Of a stretch of DNA of 64,000 nucleotides, positions 21,501 to 30,203 are shown one piece after another; within the stretch, counting starts at the first letter, position 1, and each line of letters begins with the position of its first letter. Position numbers and translations under genes: made by a program. Under the pieces are notes generated by a model that searched no databases, was not told the DNA's origin, and saw only the letters and a program-made list of their open reading frames with translations. Source of the stretch: an uncultured delta proteobacterium (lineage in GTDB: Bacteria > Myxococcota_A > Polyangia > Fen-1088); NCBI GenBank assembly GCA_963767925.1, contig CAVYGB010000006.1:96001-160000 (forward strand). Direction: 5' to 3'.

Positions 21501-22559
21501 CGCCTCGGCGACGACGACATCGGGCAGGCCGGCCAGGGCCAGCATCTCGTTTGTCTCGACGATCATCTCCTCGACCAGGGCGGCGCTGGCCCCCTCCCCT
21601 CTGTCGAGCACCACCTCGAGCCGCTCCTGCAGCAGCGAGGCGCGGTCGCTCACCGCGGTCATGCCCACGGTGGCCGCCGCCCCCCGCAGGGTATGGAAGA
21701 GCCGCTCCAGCTCGGCGGCGGCCTGGGTGTCGCGCGGCTCGCGCCGGAGGGCGCCCAGCCGCTCCTCGAGGTCGACCAGGGCGGCCCGGGCTTCGTCCTG
21801 GAACACCTCGAACAGCTCGGGCGCCACCGAGGCCGGGGGAGCCGAGCGGGGCTCCTCGAAGTCGAACCCCCGGAACGCCTCCGGGGCGGGGGGGGGCTCG
21901 GCCGGGGCGTCGTGCCGGGAGGCAACCGGCTGGGTCTGATCGGACAGCTCGAACTCGAACTCGGCGGCCGGCTCGGCGGCGACGATCGGCAGCGCGGGCT
22001 CCGGCGGCTCCGCGGCGACGAGCTCGACGTCGACAACCACCTCCGTGTCCACGACGACGACGTCGTCGTCGGCAACGTCGGCGGCGTCGGGCTCGGGGTA
22101 GGCGGCGGCGGCCCGGCCGGAGGGGGCGGTCAGCGAGGCGACGAGGTTGCGAGCGAAGGCCTGGGCCAGGCCGAGGGCCTCGGCGGGTCGCTTGTCGAGC
22201 TCCTGGGCCAGCATCTGCCGCATCTGCAGAGCACCGTCCCGGCAGGCCCAGCCCAGGGCCCGGGCGCGGGCGGCCTGGGCCTCCATCTCGCGGATCGCCT
22301 CCTGCCCCGAGCGGGCGGTCTCCTCGAGCAGCCGGGCGGTGTCGGAGAGGGACTGGGCGCCCACCAGGGCGGTGGTGCCCAGCAGGGCGTGGGCCAGGTC
22401 GGCGAGGGCGTCGAAGGGGGAGCGCCCGGCGTATTCGACCTGCTGCTCGCTGAGCCGGGGCGAGCCCAGCAGCGCCTCGGCCGCCGTCTGCAGGCGCCCG
22501 ATCAGGCTGCCGGCATCGGCGGTGAAGGTCTCACGGACGTCGTCGATCGAAAACGGCAT
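18534..22559 (-). CDS. cheA: Hybrid CheA (ChpA-like): ~4 Hpt, HATPase, CheW, C-terminal receiver
   Basis: AHALLG, FHTLRG, FHRLKG, FHTLKG Hpt motifs; LDTLMNLAGELV; HLVRNAVVHG; DDGAG; SGRGVGCDVV; FTDLEMPRMHG. Confidence 0.93.
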   Translation of the reverse strand: MPFSIDDVRETFTADAGSLIGRLQTAAEALLGSPRLSEQQVEYAGRSPFDALADLAHALLGTTALVGAQSLSDTARLLEETARSGQEAIREMEAQAARARALGWACRDGALQMRQMLAQELDKRPAEALGLAQAFARNLVASLTAPSGRAAAAYPEPDAADVADDDVVVVDTEVVVDVELVAAEPPEPALPIVAAEPAAEFEFELSDQTQPVASRHDAPAEPPPAPEAFRGFDFEEPRSAPPASVAPELFEVFQDEARAALVDLEERLGALRREPRDTQAAAELERLFHTLRGAAATVGMTAVSDRASLLQERLEVVLDRGEGASAALVEEMIVETNEMLALAGLPDVVVAEAIAPRPSEVPSALSAARPLFVEECRAMLGEAEALLPALTAPAAASAEGAQVDLARLFHRLKGSALIVGEREVAGAAERAQQLLEAVEGPPAPPAELARGTREALAALGAFLTRSGVAAERASLASLASPSASLSAPVVPADLEREVVQVETQGELWEAMQLECNELLEGIEREALALEDSAQPTTSLQALMRHFHTLKGVVNTIGLQPTGKLVHALEDFLEKLQESPILPPMRKVATLVLDVRDGVRRNIGQAHQGAVEVLLPRFEARLARLQGGRPPAGLEEGGSVVSLEEARSRRSVRGLASAPPGRSAGSDRDDQIDRKFIRVATERLDTLMNLAGELVVSRSRLLARAASLRQIQHELGWGSRRLLDSVEAFREENEFSNLDGRKVRRRQVVAPRRSAAAVAAAATGKGKGNGKPVGPAWTSFGELELDRYEDIHVLSRTLTEITSDFAEMNGQLARGLASLTDDSDSFDKLISGIQSEVTRARMVTLEVLFTRLKLPVRDAATREGKEVRVAAEGVDVALDKTIADALFQPMLHLVRNAVVHGVERIGEREARKKARAGTITLIARQHAGQIGIEVRDDGAGLDLAALHARGVALGLIAPDLPLQDPAVRELVFHPGLTTRTRAGAVSGRGVGCDVVRRAVERLGGSIRVESEPGRGAAFLITLPVSLAITKALLVRARGHAYAIPLHFAERMVEVSESTFVESAGVRRVKVDGNLLPVSSFDRHFGLAVGETRRTPGRAVILLRVGDHRLALEVDEVSGQEEVVVKSLGPFLVGHPLFAGVTIRGSGELVLILDVAGLMQNAQRGAQGQGVRPAKAPGPGEYAARPARSAPTVTQPPRAPAAPAPVAERALRVLFIDDSLSVRKFAEMTLESLGVEVTLAVDGIDGLNKLRSEPFDLVFTDLEMPRMHGFELISELRFLPDYKDLPVIVVTSRSGQKHQQQAKALGATDYLTKPFSVAMLQAALERWGKRRAPASRPEETGAS

Positions 22560-22568
22560 GCCTCCCCC

Positions 22569-23237
22569 TCAGCGGGCGTCCTCGTCGGATCCCTCGTCTG
22601 ATCGGTCTTCGAGCGGGTCGTCGCTCTGGTCGTCGAGCCGGCGGAAACGCAGCGCCGACAGCCGGGACAAGATCTCGGGGGTGCTCAGCACCGTCATCAC
22701 GAACGCCCCCCGGTCGGAGACCTCCAGGAACCCCTCGACGAGCGGGCTCTCCTCGTTGCTCTCCGAGCGCGGGCGGAAGCGCCCCCGCCCCGCAGGGACC
22801 ACCATCTCCATGCGGGTGATGAGGGCGCCCAGCAAGAAGTCGTTGACCCCCCGGGGTCGCAGCACCAGCCCGGTCCGGGGCTGGCCGGGGCGCAGGGGCT
22901 CGGACTCGCCGGTCCCGGTGAGGGCCAGCGCGCGCACGAGGTCGACCAGCGCCACCGGGGTGCCCCGCAGGTTGAACAGGCCGAGCACGGCGGGTGGAGC
23001 CAGCGGCACCGGGGTGACGGACTCGACCGGCACCACCTCGCCGACCACGTCGGCGGCGATGGCGAAGCACTGCTCGCCGAGCCAGAAGCCACACAGGGTG
23101 GTGGCAAAACCACGCTCCTCCGGCGCCCGGGGGCCGCTGCGCTCGCCGCCGCTGCGCCGCGACCCCGAGGGGGCCCCGCTGGTCCCCCCGCTGCCGCCGA
23201 TGCTCGATGCCGCCACCTGGTCGCCCTCCGCGCTCAA
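22569..23237 (-). CDS. cheW: CheW adaptor
   Basis: TPVPLAPPAVLGLFNLRGTPVALVDL; start uncertain. Confidence 0.85.
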   Translation of the reverse strand: MSAEGDQVAASSIGGSGGTSGAPSGSRRSGGERSGPRAPEERGFATTLCGFWLGEQCFAIAADVVGEVVPVESVTPVPLAPPAVLGLFNLRGTPVALVDLVRALALTGTGESEPLRPGQPRTGLVLRPRGVNDFLLGALITRMEMVVPAGRGRFRPRSESNEESPLVEGFLEVSDRGAFVMTVLSTPEILSRLSALRFRRLDDQSDDPLEDRSDEGSDEDAR

Positions 23238-23596
23238 CCGACGAAGCGCCGGATGACGGTCAACATCGCCTCGGGGGTGTACGGCTTGCCGATGAGGTCG
23301 TCGGCGCCCTGGCGCTTGCCCCAGAACTTGTCGCTCTCGGCGCTCTTGGAGGTGACGAGCACGATGGGGATGCCGGCGGTCTGGGGATCGGCCTTGAGGA
23401 CGCGGCAGGTCTTGAACCCGTCCTGCTGGGGCATGACCACATCGAGGAAGATCAGCGAGGGCTGGTTGGCCTTGGCCAGGGTCAAGGCCTGGCTGCCGTC
23501 CGAGCCGTAGAGGGGCCGGTGGCCGGCCTTGACCACCACGGATCCGAGCAGCTCTCGATCGGTCTGGACGTCGTCGATGATGAGGATGGTGGACAT
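23234..23596 (-). CDS. Single-domain response regulator (PilH/CheY-like)
   Basis: ILIIDD, IFLDVVMP, DKFWGKRQGADDLIGKP; RBS AAGGAGAG. Confidence 0.92.
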   Translation of the reverse strand: MSTILIIDDVQTDRELLGSVVVKAGHRPLYGSDGSQALTLAKANQPSLIFLDVVMPQQDGFKTCRVLKADPQTAGIPIVLVTSKSAESDKFWGKRQGADDLIGKPYTPEAMLTVIRRFVG

Positions 23597-23662
23597 GGCG
23601 CTCTCCTTTCGGTCTTGCGCGGAGCCTTCAGGAAGGCCCCGCACCTCCCGCGATCGGGAGGC

Positions 23663-25054
23663 TCACGCGATCTCTCCGGTGTTCATGCGGCTGGGGCTGG
23701 CGGCGGAGGCCACCTCGGCGGCCAGGAACGAGCTGGCCATGAGCTGGCTGACGTCGCGAAAGTGCAGGGGCTTGACCCAGACGGCGTCGAAGCCGGCGGC
23801 GGCGAGCTGGTCGATGCGGGCGGGAGCGTGCCGCTCGAGCACCGCCGCCAGCGAGGTGTTGGCGAGCTGCTCGCTGCGCCGGATCTGGCGAGCCAGCTCG
23901 GCGATGTCGAGGGCGGTCCCCTCGGGGTTGAGCATCACCAGGCAGGGGCGGTCACGATGGATGGCGGCCAGCGGGTCGGGCTCGGCCGACAGGTCGTGCA
24001 CGGCGACCGGATCAGGGCGCCGGCGCAGCAGGGTCTGCAGCACCTCGTGCACCCCCTGCCGGTCGGGGTCCAGCACGGCGAGGGTGCGGGCGGTGGCGGC
24101 GATCGAGGGGCGCAGGGTGTGGCGCGGCTGCACCAGCTCCACCTTCGCCAGGCGGGCCAGGATCCGCCCCACCTCCCGGGGGGCCAGGGCGGTCCGCTCG
24201 GCGACCGCCCGCAGCGGCGTGCGGCCGTCGACAACGGTGAGCACCCGCTGCTCGCTGGCCGAGAGCTGCAGCAGGCGCAGCTTGCCCGAGAAGCCCAGGC
24301 CCCGTTCGTAGACCAGGTCGATCTCGGTGAGCGGTGGCTCGCTGCCGTTCCAGACGCTCGGCCGCCGCAGCAGCTCGAGCTCGCGCTGCAGCGCCGTCGA
24401 CTCGCCGGCCTGCCCCCGGGGATCGCCGGCGGCCGCCGCCTCGAGGGCGGCCCGGCACAGGGGGGCCAGGTCGGAGAGGAGCCCCTCGACGACCTCGGGG
24501 GTGAGCAGCTTGCGGGCGAAGAAGGGCGCCGCCGGGTTGTCGCCCCGCTCGGCCGCCCAGTCGGGCAGCCGCTCGAGCTGCCGGCGCAGCCGGGCGTAGA
24601 TGATGCGGGCGGCCGCCTCCTTGAGCTTGAAGGAGGGATCGGCGGCCGGGGCGGGCGCCTCGACGCGGGTGGAGGGGCGGAGGGTCGGGGAGGTGTCGGC
24701 CTTGCTGGCGGCCTGCACCCGGGCGATGAGGTCTTCTCTGGTGAAGGGCTTGGCCAGGTAGCCGACCACCTGGGAAAACCCGCGCAGCTCCTCGCGGATG
24801 GCGGCGCTCCTGGACGAGACGAGCACCACCGGCACCCGGGACGAGCGCGGATCGCCGGCCAGCCGGCGGCACACGTCGGGGGCCTTCATGTCGGGCAACA
24901 CGTAGTCCAGCAGCATCACGTCCGGGGCCGAGAGGGCCCGGGTCACCGCCTCGCCGCCGGTGGCGGCGAACTCGAGCGACCAGGGGGTGTTGCGGAAGGA
25001 GATCTCCGCGAGCTTCCGGATGGTAGCGCTGTCATCGGCGACGAGGAGGCGCAC
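23663..25054 (-). CDS. Multi-domain response regulator (REC + central domain + degenerate REC)
   Basis: LLVADDS..LLDYVLPD..YLAKPF; C-terminal AAGFDAVWVKPL degenerate REC. Confidence 0.82.
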   Translation of the reverse strand: MRLLVADDSATIRKLAEISFRNTPWSLEFAATGGEAVTRALSAPDVMLLDYVLPDMKAPDVCRRLAGDPRSSRVPVVLVSSRSAAIREELRGFSQVVGYLAKPFTREDLIARVQAASKADTSPTLRPSTRVEAPAPAADPSFKLKEAAARIIYARLRRQLERLPDWAAERGDNPAAPFFARKLLTPEVVEGLLSDLAPLCRAALEAAAAGDPRGQAGESTALQRELELLRRPSVWNGSEPPLTEIDLVYERGLGFSGKLRLLQLSASEQRVLTVVDGRTPLRAVAERTALAPREVGRILARLAKVELVQPRHTLRPSIAATARTLAVLDPDRQGVHEVLQTLLRRRPDPVAVHDLSAEPDPLAAIHRDRPCLVMLNPEGTALDIAELARQIRRSEQLANTSLAAVLERHAPARIDQLAAAGFDAVWVKPLHFRDVSQLMASSFLAAEVASAASPSRMNTGEIA

Positions 25055-26149
25055 TCAGCGCACCTCCAGGATGAGCGCGCAGGCCGAGGCGCTCTGGCCC
25101 CGCCAGCGGGCGGCGATTGTCTCCAGGATGGCCGGCCCGCCGTCGACGGCCGCCTCGCCCAGATCGGAGGGGATCTGGCCGGCGACGCCGGGGTGGGCGG
25201 CCGACTGGGCCCACTCGGCCGCGCCGGGCGGTAGAACGATCACGACGTCGCCGCTGCTGGCGGGCAGGCGCAGGCAGCGGCCGGGGCTGGCGGCCGCGGT
25301 GAGGCCGAGGTCCCACCAGGGGGGCAGTCGCTGGGTCGAGAAGAGCCAGAGCCGCCCGGGCAGGCCCGGCCAGTAGACCAGCCACTCGTTGCCGTCGGCG
25401 CTCAGGAACAGCAGGCCGGCGCTGTCGCCGAGGGCGTCGCCGAGCTGGGCCCCCAGGGTCTCGGCGTCACCGCCCGACAGCACGATGTCCGCCGCCTCGG
25501 TGCACAGCTCACCGATCTGATCGGGCGCGGGCGGCGCGTCCGGCGCGGGGACCAGGACAGTCAGACCGCGGCCCTCTTCCAGCAGGGCGGGCGGGTGCGG
25601 CCCCGGCCCCTGGGTGCGAGGTCCCTGCCGGGTCAACGCCCCCACCCAGTAGGCCGACTGCTGGTGCTGGTGCACGGTCTGCAGGGCGGAGGTGGCCTCG
25701 CCGATCAGCGAGGTCCGCTCCTCCTCGCCCCGCTCGGCGCCGGGCGGGGCCAGCATGAGCCGCAGCCGGCTGGCGATCCGCCGGACCGAAAACGGCGGCT
25801 CGATCAGGTTGACCCGGCCGTTCTGCAGGCTGACCATCGGCCGCACCAGCGACTCCCGGCACAGCAGCAGCAGGGAGGCGCCCGGCCGCTCGCGCGTGCA
25901 CAGCCGCAGCAGATCCTCGGGGATCTGGCGTTCGCCCGAGGCGAGCGCGCCGAGCACGGCCAGCGGCTGGAGAGCGATCCCCGGCGGCAGCTCCGGCAGC
26001 GGCGCCTCGCCGTCCCAGGGCACCGCGATCGCGCCGGCCCGCAGGCAGGCCTCGCGCGCGTCGGACAGCGCTCCGTCCAGGTTGCGGGTGGCGATGATGA
26101 CCGCCCGGGCGGGGCGTCCCTCCCGCTCGTCGAGGGCGGCCGCGCTCAT
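25055..26149 (-). CDS. Hypothetical protein in chemosensory cluster (possible degenerate REC + PP2C/SpoIIE-like remnant)
   Basis: Abuts or overlaps both neighbours; LIEPPFSVRRIASRL; C-terminal SGDVVIVLPPG..SACALILEVR. Confidence 0.65.
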   Translation of the reverse strand: MSAAALDEREGRPARAVIIATRNLDGALSDAREACLRAGAIAVPWDGEAPLPELPPGIALQPLAVLGALASGERQIPEDLLRLCTRERPGASLLLLCRESLVRPMVSLQNGRVNLIEPPFSVRRIASRLRLMLAPPGAERGEEERTSLIGEATSALQTVHQHQQSAYWVGALTRQGPRTQGPGPHPPALLEEGRGLTVLVPAPDAPPAPDQIGELCTEAADIVLSGGDAETLGAQLGDALGDSAGLLFLSADGNEWLVYWPGLPGRLWLFSTQRLPPWWDLGLTAAASPGRCLRLPASSGDVVIVLPPGAAEWAQSAAHPGVAGQIPSDLGEAAVDGGPAILETIAARWRGQSASACALILEVR

Positions 26150-26613
26150 CGCGGGGCCTCGGTCCCCAGCGCCACCAGCATGGCCGCCACGTCGATCCAG
26201 GCGAGGGTGCGTCCGTTGCTGGTGCTGGCCTTGCCGATCCAGGGGGGCAGGTCCAGCCCCGGCACCGACACCCGCGGCTCCAGCGTCGCCTCGACGAACG
26301 CGCCGAGCTCGTCCACCTCGAGCGCCCAGGAGACCTCGGTGCCGGCGGTCTCGAGCAAGATCCCCTTGGCCACCCGGGCGACGCCGGTGCGCAGGGGCTC
26401 GGTGGCCCGGCTCAAGGTGACCGACACCAGCGGCCAGTCCTGATGCAATCCCACCCCGGCGATGAAAGGCCGGGCCAGCGGCAGCGCGTAGACCGTGTAT
26501 TCGATGATCTGCCCGACCGTCTCGAAGGGGAGGGCGAGCTCCGCCTTGCCAGCGCGGCAGGCGATACCCCTGACGACCGACCGCCGAAAGGCCCCTTCCC
26601 TCGCTGAGCTCAT
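26146..26613 (-). CDS. CheW-like protein
   Basis: LALPFETVGQIIE..LPLARPFIAGVG..PLVSVTL..WALEVDE..LAWIDVAAM. Confidence 0.72.
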   Translation of the reverse strand: MSSAREGAFRRSVVRGIACRAGKAELALPFETVGQIIEYTVYALPLARPFIAGVGLHQDWPLVSVTLSRATEPLRTGVARVAKGILLETAGTEVSWALEVDELGAFVEATLEPRVSVPGLDLPPWIGKASTSNGRTLAWIDVAAMLVALGTEAPR

Positions 26614-26754
26614 CGTGAGTTCTCGCCGGATTCCGCGAGACTCATCGGCTTCAAGGGGGCGTCACTTGATGGCCGCGACGCCAGCGAGGTCACCAGCGGC
26701 AGACTGGATAGGCCGTCTGTGCGCCGATGTGGTCGGACCTGCGGTCACGAAACG

Positions 26755-26785
26755 AAAAAAGGGCCCCAGGTCTCCCCGGGGCCCT
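26755..26785 (-). terminator. Intrinsic terminator after DUF1552 copy 2
   Basis: Minus strand agggccccgg-ggaga-cctggggccc followed by tttttt. Confidence 0.8.
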
Positions 26786-26831
26786 CGCAGGACGCTGCCG
26801 CTGTGGCGGACGTCTGCTGGTCGAGAGCGGT

Positions 26832-28190
26832 CTACCCGCGGCGGATGCCGTTGAGCGGCGCCGGGTAGGGATGGTTCTGGATCCCGAAGGCCCCGGCGAT
26901 GCCGGACATGACGCTGGCCACCCGGTTGCCCGTCCCCGAGACGCAGTTGCCCAGGTTCAGGTAGTTCATCGAACGGCCGCCCGCGAGCATCCAGGGGATG
27001 GCGTTCGAGTTGTGGTTGGCGCCCTCTTCCATGTGGTTGCCGATGAGGACGATGGTGTTGTCGAACAGGCTGCCGCCTGCCTCGGGCACCGCCTTCATCT
27101 GGGTGAACATGGCCGCCCACTGCTCCATGAACCACTTGTCGACGATCCGCTTGTGGTCCACGCCGTCCTGAATCGGGCTATGGCCGAGGTCGTGCCAGTT
27201 GCGGAAGGGGGTCTTGTAGTTGTTCCGGCTGCGCGCGGGGATGCCCGGCACGAAGGCGAAGTTGATGTTGTTGCCCGACGAGTCGCCGGTCTGCAAGGTC
27301 GCCACGTGGGTGATCCCGCACTTCAGCGCCGCCACCATGAGGTTGGTGTGGGCCTTGAGGATCATCGGGTAGCTGGCCCCGTCGTCGATGTTGATCATCC
27401 CCTCGGGCGAGCCCCCGCACTTGCCGTCGGCCGAGGGCGCCGACTGGAGCTGCAGCTCGAGCTCACGCACCGACTGGTGGTGGGCGCCGATGGCCATGCG
27501 GTCCTCGGTGCCGAGACGGCCCTGGAAGTCCTGCAGCGTGCCGCCGACGTAGTCGAGCACGCTCTTCTTCTGGGCCATCAGCCGCTTGACCTCGGCCGGG
27601 TTGGCGTTGGGGTTGCTGTCGCCGCCGGCGAAGATCTGCTTGTAGAGGAGGTAGGGGTCGCCCACCGGGTTGATGGGCTGGCCCTGCCCGGTCCAGAAGC
27701 AGCGGCTGCCACCGGCCGAGGTGGTCGAGCGGGGTGCCCGCTCGAGCTGGATGTGCAGGTGGATCGAGCCGTGGCCGCTGGCCGTCTTCGGCAGGGCCGC
27801 CGCCACGACCTGGTCGACGGTCTTGCCGGTCGGCTCCTTGTACCCGCCCCCGGTGCTGCCGAGGCCGTAATACACGCAGCCGTAGGAGTTGTGGCCGTTG
27901 CCGCTGCCCGGGTTGTTCAGGCCCGGGACGAAGATCATGTCGGACTTGAACGGCTCGAAGGGCTGGGCGGAGAACGGCAGCGCCTGGGTCATCAGGGAGC
28001 CATTGGTCGGCTTCCAGTGCTCCTGGCGCAGGCCCTCCGACATCTGCAGGACGATGAACCGCTTGGGGGCGGCGTCCTGGCCCATGGCGCGGGTCGCCCG
28101 CAGCAGGGGCAGGCAGGCGGCGCCCACCCCGAGACCCTTGAGCAGGTCGCGGCGGGCAAGCTTCCAGTTCTTGGTGTGAACAGCGCTCAT
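26832..28190 (-). CDS. DUF1552-family protein (copy 2)
   Basis: ARRDLLKGLG, TVDQVVA, ALKCGITHVATLQ, WHDLGH, SLFDNTIVL, GANHNS. Confidence 0.88.
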   Translation of the reverse strand: MSAVHTKNWKLARRDLLKGLGVGAACLPLLRATRAMGQDAAPKRFIVLQMSEGLRQEHWKPTNGSLMTQALPFSAQPFEPFKSDMIFVPGLNNPGSGNGHNSYGCVYYGLGSTGGGYKEPTGKTVDQVVAAALPKTASGHGSIHLHIQLERAPRSTTSAGGSRCFWTGQGQPINPVGDPYLLYKQIFAGGDSNPNANPAEVKRLMAQKKSVLDYVGGTLQDFQGRLGTEDRMAIGAHHQSVRELELQLQSAPSADGKCGGSPEGMINIDDGASYPMILKAHTNLMVAALKCGITHVATLQTGDSSGNNINFAFVPGIPARSRNNYKTPFRNWHDLGHSPIQDGVDHKRIVDKWFMEQWAAMFTQMKAVPEAGGSLFDNTIVLIGNHMEEGANHNSNAIPWMLAGGRSMNYLNLGNCVSGTGNRVASVMSGIAGAFGIQNHPYPAPLNGIRRG

Positions 28191-29935
28191 TGGGAAACCT
28201 CGCCGTCGGAAAGCGTCCGGTGGGTGAAAGACTTGCTCTTCGTCAGGGCGACCATCAGCTCCCGCATGTCGTAGCCGGAAGCCTGGAAGCCGTTGCGCAG
28301 GGCGGACAGCGAGGGGGCCTCGCTGTCGAGCTCGCGGCGGCGGAGGCCGTAGCGGAGCCACTGCTTGGTCATGCAGTCGGCGGTCTCGGGCGCCTTGGCC
28401 AGGCCCTTGACCAGGTCGATGGCGTTCTTGAACCGGATCTCGCCGGAGGCCAGGGTGAGGACCCCGGAGGCGTCGACCGGCCTGCCGTTTTCGGTGGTTC
28501 GGTAGGCCCCGACGGCGTCGTAGTTCTCGAAGGAGAAGCCCACCGGATCCAGGAACTGGTGGCAGCTCTGGGCGCAGGCGCTCTTGCCGTGCACGTCGAA
28601 CCGCTCACGCGTGGTCTGGTTGGGGTTGGGGTCGGCCACCGGCGGAACCTCGAGGGCGTCCGGCACCTTGAGCTCCATGCACAACACACGGTGCAGGAGG
28701 GTGTCGGCTCGCTTGACCGGGTGCGAGTCGCTGGCGTCGGCCTTCATCGCCAGGTAGGCGCCCTGGGTCAGGATGCCGGCCCGCTGGGTCGGGTCGAGCT
28801 CGATCTCCTTGGCCCCCGTCCCGGTGGCGGTGACGCCGTAGAGCTTGGCCAGGCTGGGCTCGACCACCGAGCGGTTCGACGTGAGCAGCATCTCGATGGT
28901 GCCCTTGGCCTGGGGGCCGAAGAACACGCTGTCGACGAAGGCCTTGGTCTCGCTGGCCATCGCCAGGGCGACGTCGGGCGAGTAGTTGGTGAAGGTGTCG
29001 TCCTTCGGCATATCGACCAGGCCGGCGATCTCGAGCCACTGGATGTGGAAGTCGCGGACGGCGTCCTTGGCCTTGTTGTCGGACAGCATGCGCCGGGCCT
29101 CGCTGGCGATCTGCTCGGGCGAGATCAGCCCCCCGGCGGCCGCGGCGTCGAACAGGGCCGCGTCGGGCATCGTCCCCCACAGCAGGTAGGAGAGGCGCGA
29201 GGCCATCTCGTACGAGTTGAAGCGGACCAGCGACCCGTCGCGCAGCGGTTTGTTGGGGCCGAGCTCCCAGTGGTAGAGGAAATACGGCGTCTGCAGCATC
29301 GCGCCCACGACGGTGGCCATCGCCTGCTCGAACGAGGCGCCCATCTCGGGCCCCCGCTGCGCCTGGTACAGCGCCACGAGCTTGTCCTTCTCGCCGGCGC
29401 TGACCGGGCGCCGGAAGGCGCGCAGGCCGAACTGGCTGATGAACTTGTCGGCGCAGGCGTCCTGCTCGCTGCCCCCGGTGGGGATGGGCGTGCAGGGCAG
29501 CAGCGTGGGCAGCTTGCCGAGCGCGGCGCCGACGATCGCCTCGGTGCTGGTCATCAACGCCCGGGCGTCGTTGCCCTTGGTGAGCGCCGAGCCGCGCACG
29601 AACCCGGAGGCGGCCGAGTCCTGATCGGCGGACAGGCCCGCCGTCTTGATGGCGGCGCCGTCGATGCCGAGCAGGTCGCGCAGGGTGTTCTGGTATTCCA
29701 GCAGGGTCAGCTTCCGCAGCGGCGCGGTCCCGGGGACCGTCTGCGAATCGTCGAGCGACCCGGCCGTGGGGTTGACGGGGGCACCCGGACCTGGCGTGGG
29801 GCTCACCCCTGGTGCCGCCGGACCGGAGGGTCCGTTCGGCCCCGACAGGCCTTCCGGGTCACTTATGGCGCCCGTGCAGCCCAGGCCGAGGGCACACGCA
29901 GCGCCCAGGCCGAGCAATCGTTGCGGTCGAGTCAT
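28187..29935 (-). CDS. DUF1592/1588-type multi-domain lipoprotein (copy 2)
   Basis: Lipobox LGLGC; LRKLTLLEYQNTLRDL, YEMASRLSYLLWGTMPD, CAQSCH, FENYDAVG. Confidence 0.9.
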   Translation of the reverse strand: MTRPQRLLGLGAACALGLGCTGAISDPEGLSGPNGPSGPAAPGVSPTPGPGAPVNPTAGSLDDSQTVPGTAPLRKLTLLEYQNTLRDLLGIDGAAIKTAGLSADQDSAASGFVRGSALTKGNDARALMTSTEAIVGAALGKLPTLLPCTPIPTGGSEQDACADKFISQFGLRAFRRPVSAGEKDKLVALYQAQRGPEMGASFEQAMATVVGAMLQTPYFLYHWELGPNKPLRDGSLVRFNSYEMASRLSYLLWGTMPDAALFDAAAAGGLISPEQIASEARRMLSDNKAKDAVRDFHIQWLEIAGLVDMPKDDTFTNYSPDVALAMASETKAFVDSVFFGPQAKGTIEMLLTSNRSVVEPSLAKLYGVTATGTGAKEIELDPTQRAGILTQGAYLAMKADASDSHPVKRADTLLHRVLCMELKVPDALEVPPVADPNPNQTTRERFDVHGKSACAQSCHQFLDPVGFSFENYDAVGAYRTTENGRPVDASGVLTLASGEIRFKNAIDLVKGLAKAPETADCMTKQWLRYGLRRRELDSEAPSLSALRNGFQASGYDMRELMVALTKSKSFTHRTLSDGEVSQ

Positions 29936-30203
29936 CGATAAACCTCCGAGCACTTCTTCGATCAGCCGCTGTGATGTGCTGGGCGTTCGAGCGTCATGCG
30001 CGCGATGGGGCCCATTACATGAAGAAGTGACCCTGCCCCCCCTCACCGCTCGCCTTTTTTACGCAAGCCGACAGACATATCCAAAAAGGAATCCGCGAGG
30101 TCCCTTACACCCAGGAGACACGGGTGCGTCCGCGGCGGAGAGCCGGACGGCCTGCTCGGTTGAAACCGATACCACCGCCCCTGCGCAACGTTTTCACAGG
30201 CGC

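Noticed and set aside
17595..22601. 1668-aa plus-strand ORF and similar long antisense or alternative-frame ORFs (47572-51573, 47906-52045, 53450-56737, 4-1158)
   Set aside because: Shadow ORFs expected in very GC-rich DNA; they overlap genes with clear motifs.
26614..26646. 11-codon upstream ORF/hairpin overlapping the first cheW start
   Set aside because: Too short and lacks an RBS; cannot be distinguished from chance.
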